From Auanema rhodensis (lineage: Eukaryota > Animalia > Nematoda): a stretch of DNA of 64,000 nucleotides. Below, piece by piece: positions 41,901-54,766 of the stretch. The first letter of the stretch is position 1. Every line of letters begins with the position of its first letter. The notes under the pieces are model-generated. The model ran no database searches. It was given only the letters and a program-made list of their open reading frames with translations, and was not told the origin of the DNA. A program made the translations under genes and the position numbers. The stretch is from NCBI GenBank assembly GCA_964057225.1, contig OZ059899.1:4588001-4652000 (forward strand), read 5' to 3'.

Positions 41901-44236
41901 ATGTAGTATAGTGCATTCGATGCGGATTTTTAAGCTGCGTCGATCTGTGTTATCAGATTTGCGCTAGCTTAAAAATGCACCGAGATATCAACTGATATAA
42001 GTTCACACTTATATCCTCGATTTTCACCCTGAAGAATCAATTTTTTCATTGAATAACATTGTCCATCGTCTTTGCCTTGAAAAAAGAAATCTAAAAACAT
42101 CTACTTTTTGCTAAATTATTTTGAAATTTTTCGAAAACATTTTTGTCAAAATGTTTTTGGAAGCAATGTTGAGTGTACATGGAAACTCAACATACACTAA
42201 TGCATCATTTTTCAAACGATCATAACTGATTTTTGTATTAAGCGTTTCTCAATGTAGTATAGTGCATTCGATGCGGATTTTTAAGCTGCGTCGATCTGTG
42301 TTATCAGATTTGCGCTAGCTTAAAAATGCACCGAGATATCAACTGATATAAGTTCACACTTATATCCTCGATTTTCACCCTGAAGAATCAATTTTTTCGT
42401 TGAATAACATTGTCCATCGTCTTTGCCTTGAAAAAAGGAATCTAGAAGCATCTACTTTTTGCTAAATTATTTTGAAATTTTTCGAAAAAATTTTTGTCAA
42501 AATGTTTTTGGAAGCAATGTTGAGTGTACATGGAAACTCAACATACACTAATGCATCATTTTTCAAACGATCATAACTGATTTTTGTATTAAGCGTTTCT
42601 CAATGTAGTATAGTGCATTCGATGCGGATTTTTAAGCTGCGTCGATCTGTGTTATCAGATTTGCGCTAGCTTAAAAATGCACCGAGATATCAACTGATAT
42701 AAGTTCACACTTATATCCTCGATTTTCACCCTGAAGAATCAATTTTATCGTTGAATAACATTGTCCATCGTCTTTGCCTTGAAAAAAGAAATCTAAAAAC
42801 ATCTACTTTTTGCTAAATTATTTTGAAATTTTTCGAAAAAATTTTTGTCAAAATGTTTTTGGAAGCAATGTTGAGTGTACATGGAAACTCAACATACACT
42901 AATGCATCATTTTTCAAACGATCATAACTAATTTTTGTATTAAGCGTTTCTCAATGTAGTATAGTGCATTCGATGCGGATTTTTAAGCTGCGTCGATCTG
43001 TGTTATCAGATTTGCGCTAGCTTAAAAATGCACCGAGATATCAACTGATATAAGTTCACACTTATATTTTCGATTTTCACCCTGAAGAATTAATTTTTTC
43101 GTTGAATAACATTGTCCATCGTCTTCGCCTTAAAAAAAGGAATCTAGAAGCATCTACTTTTTGCTAAATTATTTTGAAATTTTTCGAAAAAATTTTTGTC
43201 AAAATGTTTTTGGAAGCAATGTTGAGTGTACATGGAAACTCAACATACACTAATGCATCATTTTTCAAACGATCATAACTGATTTTTGTATTAAGCGTTT
43301 CTCAATGTAGTATAGTGCATTCGATGCGGATTTTTAAGCTGCGTCGATCTGTGTTATCAGATTTGCGCTAGCTTAAAAATGCACCGAGATATCAACTGAT
43401 ATAAGTTCACACATATATCCTCGATTTTCACCCTGAAGAATCAATTTTTTCGTTGAATAACATTGTCCATCGTCTTTGCCTTGAAAAAAGAAATCTAAAA
43501 ACATCTACTTTTTGCTAAATTATTTTGAAATTTTTCTAAAAAAATTTTTGTCAAAATGTTTTTGGAAGCAATGTTGAGTGTACATGGAAACTCAACATAC
43601 ACTAATGCATCATTTTTCAAACGATCATAACTGATTTTTGTATTAAGCGTTTCTCAATGTAGTATAGTGCATTCGATGCGGATTTTTAAGCTGCGTCGAT
43701 CTGTGTTATCAGATTTGCGCTAGCTTAAAAATGCACCGAGATATCAACTGATATAAGTTCACACTTATATCCTCGATTTTCACCCTGAAGAATCAATTTT
43801 TTCATTGAATAACATTGTCCATCGTCTTTGCCTTGAAAAAAGAAATCTAAAAACATCTACTTTTTGCTAAATTATTTTGAAATTTTTCGAAAACATTTTT
43901 GTCAAAATGTTTTTGGAAGCAATGTTGAGTGTACATGGAAACTCAACATACACTAATGCATCATTTTTCAAACGATCATAACTGATTTTTGTATTAAGCG
44001 TTTCTCAATGTAGTATAGTGCATTCGATGCGGATTTTTAAGCTGCGTCGATCTGTGTTATCAGATTTGCGCTAGCTTAAAAATGCACCGAGATATCAACT
44101 GATATAAGTTCACACTTATATCCTCGATTTTCACCCTGAAGAATCAATTTTTTCGTTGAATAACATTGTCCATCGTCTTTGCCTTGAAAAAAGGAATCTA
44201 GAAGCATCTACTTTTTGCTAAATTATTTTGAAATTT
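38969..44236. repeat. Higher-order repeat domain 3: 5-monomer unit (1756 bp) x3
   Basis: Private markers recur at exact 1756-bp intervals: G301A at 39620/41376/43132, and the junction variant TTCTAAAAAAA (+1 bp) at 40025/41781/43537. Confidence 0.92.
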
Positions 44237-46342
44237 TTCGAAAAAATTTTTGTCAAAATGTTTTTGGAAGCAATGTTGAGTGTACATGGAAACTCAACAT
44301 ACACTAATGCATCATTTTTCAAACGATCATAACTGATTTTTGTATTAAGCGTTTCTCAATGTAGTATAGTGCATTCGATGCGGATTTTTAAGCTGCGTCG
44401 ATCTGCGTTATCAGATTTGCGCTAGCTTAAAAATGCACCGAGATATCAACTGATATAAGTTCACACATATATCCTCGATTTTCACCCTGAAGAATCAATT
44501 TTTTCGTTGAATAACATTGTCCATCGTCTTTGCCTTGAAAAAAGAAATCTAAAAACATCTACTTTTTGCTAAATTAGTTTGAAATTTTTCGAAAAAATTT
44601 TTGTCAAAATGTTTTTGGAAGCAATGTTGAGTGTACATGGAAACTCAACATACACTAATGCATCATTTTTCAAACGATCATAACTAATTTTTGTATCAAG
44701 CGTTTCTCAATGTAGTATAGTGCATTCGATGCGGATTTTTAAGCTGCGTCGATCTGTGTTATCAGATTTGCGCTAGCTTAAAAATGCACCGAGATATCAA
44801 CTGATATAAGTTCACACTTATATTTTCGATTTTCACCCTGAAGAATCAATTTTTTCGTTGAATAACATTGTCCATCGTCTTTGCCTTGAAAAAAGAAATC
44901 TAAAAACATCTACTTTTTGCTAAATTATTTTGAAATTTTTCGAAAAAATTTTTGTCAAAATGTTTTTGGAAGCAATGTTGAGTGTACATGGAAACTCAAC
45001 ATACACTAATGCATCATTTTTCAAACGATCATAACTGATTTTTGTATCAAGCGTTTCTCAATGTAGTATAGTGCATTCGATGCGGATTTTTAAGCTGCGT
45101 CGATCTGTGTTATCAGATTTGCGCTAGCTTAAAAATGCACCGAGATATCAACTGATATAAGTTCACACTTATATTTTCGATTTTCACCCTGAAGAATCAA
45201 TTTTTTCGTTGAATAACATTGTCCATCGTCTTTGCCTTGAAAAAAGAAATCTAAAAACATCTACTTTTTGCTAAATTATTTTGAAATTTTTCGAAAAAAT
45301 TTTTGTCAAAATGTTTTTGGAAGCAATGTTGAGTGTACATGGAAACTCAACATACACTAATGCATCATTTTTCAAACGATCATAACTGATTTTTGTATCA
45401 AGCGTTTCTCAATGTAGTATAGTGCATTCGATGCGGATTTTTAAGCTGCGTCGATCTGTGTTATCAGATTTGCGCTAGCTTAAAAATGCACCGAGATATC
45501 AACTGATATAAGTTCACACTTATATCCTCGATTTTCACCCTGAAGAATCAATTTTTTCATTGAATAACATTGTCCATCGTCTTTGCCTTGAAAAAAGAAA
45601 TCTAAAAACATCTACTTTTTGCTAAATTATCTTGAAATTTTTCGAAAAAATTTTTGTCAAAATGTTTTTGGAAGCAATGTTGAGTGTACATGGAAACTCA
45701 ACATACACTAATGCATCATTTTTCAAACGATCATAACTGATTTTTGTATCAAGCGTTTCTCAATGTAGTATAGTGCATTCGATGCGGATTTTTAAGCTGC
45801 GTCGATCTGTGTTATCAGATTTGCGCTAGCTTAAAAATGCACCGAGATATCAACTGATATATGTTCACACTTATATCCTCGATTTTCACCCTGAAGAATC
45901 AATTTTTTCATTGAATAACATTGTCCATCGTCTTTGCCTTGAAAAAAGAAATCTAAAAACATCTACTTTTTGCTAAATTATCTTGAAATTTTTCGAAAAA
46001 ATTTTTGTCAAAATGTTTTTGGAAGCAATGTTGAGTGTACATGGAAACTCAACATACACTAATGCATCATTTTTCAAACGATCATAACTGATTTTTGTAT
46101 CAAGCGTTTCTCAATGTAGTATAGTGCATTCGATGCGGATTTTTAAGCTGCGTCGATCTGTGTTATCAGATTTGCGCTAGCTTAAAAATGCACCGAGATA
46201 TCAACTGATATATGTTCACACTTATATCCTCGATTTTCACCCTGAAGAATTAATTTTTTCGTTGAATAACATTGTCCATCGTCTTTGCCTTGAAAAAAGA
46301 AATCTAGAAGCATCTACTTTTTGCTAAATTATTTTGAAATTT

Positions 46343-49300
46343 TTCGAAAAAATTTTTGTCAAAATGTTTTTGGAAGCAATGTTGAGTGTACATGGAAACT
46401 CAACATACACTAATGCATCATTTTTCAAACGATCATAACTGATTTTTGTATTAAGCGTTTCTCAATGTAGTATAGTGCATTCGATGCGGATTTTTAAGCT
46501 GCGTCGATCTGTGTTATCAGATTTGCGCTAGCTTAAAAATGCACCGAGATATCAACTGATATAAGTTCACACTTATATCCTCGATTTTCACCCTGAAGAA
46601 TCAATTTTATCGTTGAATAACATTGTCCATCGTCTTTGCCTTGAAAAAAGAAATCTAAAAACATCTACTTTTTGCTAAATTATTTTGAAATTTTTCGAAA
46701 AAATTTTTGTCAAAATGTTTTTGGAAGCAATGTTGAGTGTACATGGAAACTCAACATACACTAATGCATCATTTTTCAAACGATCATAACTAATTTTTGT
46801 ATTAAGCGTTTCTCAATGTAGTATAGTGCATTCGATGCGGATTTTTAAGCTGCGTCGATCTGTGTTATCAGATTTGCGCTAGCTTAAAAATGCACCGAGA
46901 TATCAACTGATATAAGTTCACACTTATATCCTCGATTTTCACCCTGAAGAATCAATTTTATCGTTGAATAACATTGTCCATCGTCTTTGCCTTGAAAAAA
47001 GAAATCTAAAAACATCTACTTTTTGCTAAATTATTTTGAAATTTTTCGAAAAAATTTTTGTCAAAATGTTTTTGGAAGCAATGTTGAGTGTACATGGAAA
47101 CTCAACATACACTAATGCATCATTTTTCAAACGATCATAACTAATTTTTGTATTAAGCGTTTCTCAATGTAGTATAGTGCATTCGATGCGGATTTTTAAG
47201 CTGCGTCGATCTGTGTTATCAGATTTGCGCTAGCTTAAAAATGCACCGAGATATCAACTGATATAAGTTCACACTTATATTTTCGATTTTCACCCTGAAG
47301 AATTAATTTTTTCGTTGAATAACATTGTCCATCGTCTTCGCCTTGAAAAAAGGAATCTAGAAGCATCTACTTTTTGCTAAATTATTTTGAAATTTTTCGA
47401 AAAAATTTTTGTCAAAATGTTTTTGGAAGCAATGTTGAGTGTACATGGAAACTCAACATACACTAATGCATCATTTTTCAAACGATCATAACTGATTTTT
47501 GTATTAAGCGTTTCTCAATGTAGTATAGTGCATTCGATGCGGATTTTTAAGCTGCGTCGATCTGTGTTATCAGATTTGCGCTAGCTTAAAAATGCACCGA
47601 GATATCAACTGATATAAGTTCACACATATATCCTCGATTTTCACCCTGAAGAATCAATTTTATCGTTGAATAACATTGTCCATCGTATTCGCCTTGTAAA
47701 AAGAAATCTAAAAACATCTACTTTTTGCTAAATTATTTTGAAATTTTTCGAAAAAATTTTTGTCAAAATGTTTTTGGAAGCAATGTTGAGTGTACATGGA
47801 AACTCAACATACACTAATGCATCATTTTTCAAACGATCATAACTAATTTTTGTATTAAGCGTTTCTCAATGTAGTATAGTGCATTCGATGCGGATTTTTA
47901 AGCTGCGTCGATCTGTGTTATCAGATTTGCGCTAGCTTAAAAATGCACCGAGATATCAACTGATATAAGTTCACACTTATATCCTCGATTTTCACCCTGA
48001 AGAATCAATTTTTTCATTGAATAACATTGTCCATCGTCTTTGCCTTGAAAAAAGAAATCTAAAAACATCTACTTTTTGCTAAATTATTTTGAAATTTTTC
48101 GAAAACATTTTTGTCAAAATGTTTTTGGAAGCAATGTTGAGTGTACATGGAAACTCAACATACACTAATGCATCATTTTTCAAACGATCATAACTGATTT
48201 TTGTATTAAGCGTTTCTCAATGTAGTATAGTGCATTCGATGCGGATTTTTAAGCTGCGTCGATCTGTGTTATCAGATTTGCGCTAGCTTAAAAATGCACC
48301 GAGATATCAACTGATATAAGTTCACACTTATATCCTCGATTTTCACCCTGAAGAATCAATTTTTTCGTTGAATAACATTGTCCATCGTCTTTGCCTTGAA
48401 AAAAGGAATCTAGAAGCATCTACTTTTTGCTAAATTATTTTGAAATTTTTCGAAAAAATTTTTGTCAAAATGTTTTTGGAAGCAATGTTGAGTGTACATG
48501 GAAACTCAACATACACTAATGCATCATTTTTCAAACGATCATAACTGATTTTTGTATTAAGCGTTTCTCAATGTAGTATAGTGCATTCGATGCGGATTTT
48601 TAAGCTGCGTCGATCTGCGTTATCAGATTTGCGCTAGCTTAAAAATGCACCGAGATATCAACTGATATAAGTTCACACATATATCCTCGATTTTCACCCT
48701 GAAGAATCAATTTTTTCGTTGAATAACATTGTCCATCGTCTTTGCCTTGAAAAAAGAAATCTAAAAACATCTACTTTTTGCTAAATTAGTTTGAAATTTT
48801 TCGAAAAAATTTTTGTCAAAATGTTTTTGGAAGCAATGTTGAGTGTACATGGAAACTCAACATACACTAATGCATCATTTTTCAAACGATCATAACTAAT
48901 TTTTGTATTAAGCGTTTCTCAATGTAGTATAGTGCATTCGATGCGGATTTTTAAGCTGCGTCGATCTGTGTTATCAGATTTGCGCTAGCTTAAAAATGCA
49001 CCGAGATATCAACTGATATAAGTTCACACTTATATCCTCGATTTTCACCCTGAAGAATCAATTTTTTCGTTGAATAACATTGTCCATCGTCTTTGCCTTG
49101 AAAAAAGGAATCTAGAAGCATCTACTTTTTGCTAAATTATTTTGAAATTTTTCGAAAAAATTTTTGTCAAAATGTTTTTGGAAGCAATGTTGAGTGTACA
49201 TGGAAACTCAACATACACTAATGCATCATTTTTCAAACGATCATAACTGATTTTTGTATTAAGCGTTTCTCAATGTAGTATAGTGCATTCGATGCGGATT

Positions 49301-52300
49301 TTTAAGCTGCGTCGATCTGCGTTATCAGATTTGCGCTAGCTTAAAAATGCACCGAGATATCAACTGATATAAGTTCACACATATATCCTCGATTTTCACC
49401 CTGAAGAATCAATTTTTTCGTTGAATAACATTGTCCATCGTCTTTGCCTTGAAAAAAGAAATCTAAAAACATCTACTTTTTGCTAAATTAGTTTGAAATT
49501 TTTCGAAAAAATTTTTGTCAAAATGTTTTTGGAAGCAATGTTGAGTGTACATGGAAACTCAACATACACTAATGCATCATTTTTCAAACGATCATAACTA
49601 ATTTTTGTATTAAGCGTTTCTCAATGTAGTATAGTGCATTCGATGCGGATTTTTAAGCTGCGTCGATCTGTGTTATCAGATTTGCGCTAGCTTAAAAATG
49701 CACCGAGATATCAACTGATATAAGTTCACACTTATATCCTCGATTTTCACCCTGAAGAATCAATTTTTTCGTTGAATAACATTGTCCATCGTCTTTGCCT
49801 TGAAAAAAGGAATCTAGAAGCATCTACTTTTTGCTAAATTATTTTGAAATTTTTCGAAAAAATTTTTGTCAAAATGTTTTTGGAAGCAATGTTGAGTGTA
49901 CATGGAAACTCAACATACACTAATGCATCATTTTTCAAACGATCATAACTGATTTTTGTATTAAGCGTTTCTCAATGTAGTATAGTGCATTCGATGCGGA
50001 TTTTTAAGCTGCGTCGATCTGCGTTATCAGATTTGCGCTAGCTTAAAAATGCACCGAGATATCAACTGATATAAGTTCACACATATATCCTCGATTTTCA
50101 CCCTGAAGAATTAATTTTTTCGTTGAATAACATTGTCCATCGTCTTCGCCTTGAAAAAAGGAATCTAGAAGCATCTACTTTTTGCTAAATTATTTTGAAA
50201 TTTTTCGAAAAAATTTTTGTCAAAATGTTTTTGGAAGCAATGTTGAGTGTACATGGAAACTCAACATACACTAATGCATCATTTTTCAAACGATCATAAC
50301 TGATTTTTGTATTAAGCGTTTCTCAATGTAGTATAGTGCATTCGATGCGGATTTTTAAGCTGCGTCGATCTGTGTTATCAGATTTGCGCTAGCTTAAAAA
50401 TGCACCGAGATATCAACTGATATAAGTTCACACATATATCCTCGATTTTCACCCTGAAGAATCAATTTTTTCGTTGAATAACATTGTCCATCGTCTTTGC
50501 CTTGAAAAAAGAAATCTAAAAACATCTACTTTTTGCTAAATTATTTTGAAATTTTTCGAAAAAATTTTTGTCAAAATGTTTTTGGAAGCAATGTTGAGTG
50601 TACATGGAAACTCAACATACACTAATGCATCATTTTTCAAACGATCATAACTGATTTTTGTATTAAGCGTTTCTCAATGTAGTATAGTGCATTCGATGCG
50701 GATTTTTAAGCTGCGTCGATCTGTGTTATCAGATTTGCGCTAGCTTAAAAATGCACCGAGATATCAACTGATATAAGTTCACACTTATATCCTCGATTTT
50801 CACCCTGAAGAATCAATTTTATCGTTGAATAACATTGTCCATCGTCTTTGCCTTGAAAAAAGAAATCTAAAAACATCTACTTTTTGCTAAATTATTTTGA
50901 AATTTTTCGAAAAAATTTTTGTCAAAATGTTTTTGGAAGCAATGTTGAGTGTACATGGAAACTCAACATACACTAATGCATCATTTTTCAAACGATCATA
51001 ACTAATTTTTGTATTAAGCGTTTCTCAATGTAGTATAGTGCATTCGATGCGGATTTTTAAGCTGCGTCGATCTGTGTTATCAGATTTGCGCTAGCTTAAA
51101 AATGCACCGAGATATCAACTGATATAAGTTCACACTTATATCCTCGATTTTCACCCTGAAGAATCAATTTTATCGTTGAATAACATTGTCCATCGTCTTT
51201 GCCTTGAAAAAAGAAATCTAAAAACATCTACTTTTTGCTAAATTATTTTGAAATTTTTCGAAAAAATTTTTGTCAAAATGTTTTTGGAAGCAATGTTGAG
51301 TGTACATGGAAACTCAACATACACTAATGCATCATTTTTCAAACGATCATAACTAATTTTTGTATTAAGCGTTTCTCAATGTAGTATAGTGCATTCGATG
51401 CGGATTTTTAAGCTGCGTCGATCTGTGTTATCAGATTTGCGCTAGCTTAAAAATGCACCGAGATATCAACTGATATAAGTTCACACTTATATTTTCGATT
51501 TTCACCCTGAAGAATTAATTTTTTCGTTGAATAACATTGTCCATCGTCTTCGCCTTGAAAAAAGGAATCTAGAAGCATCTACTTTTTGCTAAATTATTTT
51601 GAAATTTTTCGAAAAAATTTTTGTCAAAATGTTTTTGGAAGCAATGTTGAGTGTACATGGAAACTCAACATACACTAATGCATCATTTTTCAAACGATCA
51701 TAACTGATTTTTGTATTAAGCGTTTCTCAATGTAGTATAGTGCATTCGATGCGGATTTTTAAGCTGCGTCGATCTGTGTTATCAGATTTGCGCTAGCTTA
51801 AAAATGCACCGAGATATCAACTGATATAAGTTCACACATATATCCTCGATTTTCACCCTGAAGAATCAATTTTATCGTTGAATAACATTGTCCATCGTAT
51901 TCGCCTTGTAAAAAGAAATCTAAAAACATCTACTTTTTGCTAAATTATTTTGAAATTTTTCGAAAAAATTTTTGTCAAAATGTTTTTGGAAGCAATGTTG
52001 AGTGTACATGGAAACTCAACATACACTAATGCATCATTTTTCAAACGATCATAACTAATTTTTGTATTAAGCGTTTCTCAATGTAGTATAGTGCATTCGA
52101 TGCGGATTTTTAAGCTGCGTCGATCTGTGTTATCAGATTTGCGCTAGCTTAAAAATGCACCGAGATATCAACTGATATAAGTTCACACTTATATCCTCGA
52201 TTTTCACCCTGAAGAATCAATTTTTTCATTGAATAACATTGTCCATCGTCTTTGCCTTGAAAAAAGAAATCTAAAAACATCTACTTTTTGCTAAATTATT

Positions 52301-54766
52301 TTGAAATTTTTCGAAAACATTTTTGTCAAAATGTTTTTGGAAGCAATGTTGAGTGTACATGGAAACTCAACATACACTAATGCATCATTTTTCAAACGAT
52401 CATAACTGATTTTTGTATTAAGCGTTTCTCAATGTAGTATAGTGCATTCGATGCGGATTTTTAAGCTGCGTCGATCTGTGTTATCAGATTTGCGCTAGCT
52501 TAAAAATGCACCGAGATATCAACTGATATAAGTTCACACTTATATCCTCGATTTTCACCCTGAAGAATCAATTTTTTCGTTGAATAACATTGTCCATCGT
52601 CTTTGCCTTGAAAAAAGGAATCTAGAAGCATCTACTTTTTGCTAAATTATTTTGAAATTTTTCGAAAAAATTTTTGTCAAAATGTTTTTGGAAGCAATGT
52701 TGAGTGTACATGGAAACTCAACATACACTAATGCATCATTTTTCAAACGATCATAACTGATTTTTGTATTAAGCGTTTCTCAATGTAGTATAGTGCATTC
52801 GATGCGGATTTTTAAGCTGCGTCGATCTGCGTTATCAGATTTGCGCTAGCTTAAAAATGCACCGAGATATCAACTGATATAAGTTCACACATATATCCTC
52901 GATTTTCACCCTGAAGAATCAATTTTTTCGTTGAATAACATTGTCCATCGTCTTTGCCTTGAAAAAAGAAATCTAAAAACATCTACTTTTTGCTAAATTA
53001 GTTTGAAATTTTTCGAAAAAATTTTTGTCAAAATGTTTTTGGAAGCAATGTTGAGTGTACATGGAAACTCAACATACACTAATGCATCATTTTTCAAACG
53101 ATCATAACTAATTTTTGTATTAAGCGTTTCTCAATGTAGTATAGTGCATTCGATGCGGATTTTTAAGCTGCGTCGATCTGTGTTATCAGATTTGCGCTAG
53201 CTTAAAAATGCACCGAGATATCAACTGATATAAGTTCACACTTATATCCTCGATTTTCACCCTGAAGAATCAATTTTTTCGTTGAATAACATTGTCCATC
53301 GTCTTTGCCTTGAAAAAAGGAATCTAGAAGCATCTACTTTTTGCTAAATTATTTTGAAATTTTTCGAAAAAATTTTTGTCAAAATGTTTTTGGAAGCAAT
53401 GTTGAGTGTACATGGAAACTCAACATACACTAATGCATCATTTTTCAAACGATCATAACTGATTTTTGTATTAAGCGTTTCTCAATGTAGTATAGTGCAT
53501 TCGATGCGGATTTTTAAGCTGCGTCGATCTGCGTTATCAGATTTGCGCTAGCTTAAAAATGCACCGAGATATCAACTGATATAAGTTCACACATATATCC
53601 TCGATTTTCACCCTGAAGAATCAATTTTTTCGTTGAATAACATTGTCCATCGTCTTTGCCTTGAAAAAAGAAATCTAAAAACATCTACTTTTTGCTAAAT
53701 TAGTTTGAAATTTTTCGAAAAAATTTTTGTCAAAATGTTTTTGGAAGCAATGTTGAGTGTACATGGAAACTCAACATACACTAATGCATCATTTTTCAAA
53801 CGATCATAACTAATTTTTGTATTAAGCGTTTCTCAATGTAGTATAGTGCATTCGATGCGGATTTTTAAGCTGCGTCGATCTGTGTTATCAGATTTGCGCT
53901 AGCTTAAAAATGCACCGAGATATCAACTGATATAAGTTCACACTTATATCCTCGATTTTCACCCTGAAGAATCAATTTTTTCGTTGAATAACATTGTCCA
54001 TCGTCTTTGCCTTGAAAAAAGGAATCTAGAAGCATCTACTTTTTGCTAAATTATTTTGAAATTTTTCGAAAAAATTTTTGTCAAAATGTTTTTGGAAGCA
54101 ATGTTGAGTGTACATGGAAACTCAACATACACTAATGCATCATTTTTCAAACGATCATAACTGATTTTTGTATTAAGCGTTTCTCAATGTAGTATAGTGC
54201 ATTCGATGCGGATTTTTAAGCTGCGTCGATCTGCGTTATCAGATTTGCGCTAGCTTAAAAATGCACCGAGATATCAACTGATATAAGTTCACACATATAT
54301 CCTCGATTTTCACCCTGAAGAATTAATTTTTTCGTTGAATAACATTGTCCATCGTCTTCGCCTTGAAAAAAGGAATCTAGAAGCATCTACTTTTTGCTAA
54401 ATTATTTTGAAATTTTTCGAAAAAATTTTTGTCAAAATGTTTTTGGAAGCAATGTTGAGTGTACATGGAAACTCAACATACACTAATGCATCATTTTTCA
54501 AACGATCATAACTGATTTTTGTATTAAGCGTTTCTCAATGTAGTATAGTGCATTCGATGCGGATTTTTAAGCTGCGTCGATCTGTGTTATCAGATTTGCG
54601 CTAGCTTAAAAATGCACCGAGATATCAACTGATATAAGTTCACACATATATCCTCGATTTTCACCCTGAAGAATCAATTTTTTCGTTGAATAACATTGTC
54701 CATCGTCTTTGCCTTGAAAAAAGAAATCTAAAAACATCTACTTTTTGCTAAATTATTTTGAAATTT
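46343..54766. repeat. Higher-order repeat domain 4: 12-monomer unit (4212 bp) x2 with nested 2-mer
   Basis: The private haplotype CATCGTATTCGCCTTGTAAA has its C292A base at 47687 and 51899 (4212 bp apart). Monomer types match one-for-one over 46343-50554 and 50555-54766. An internal 702-bp repeat is marked by T341G at 48789/49491 and 53001/53703. Confidence 0.9.
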
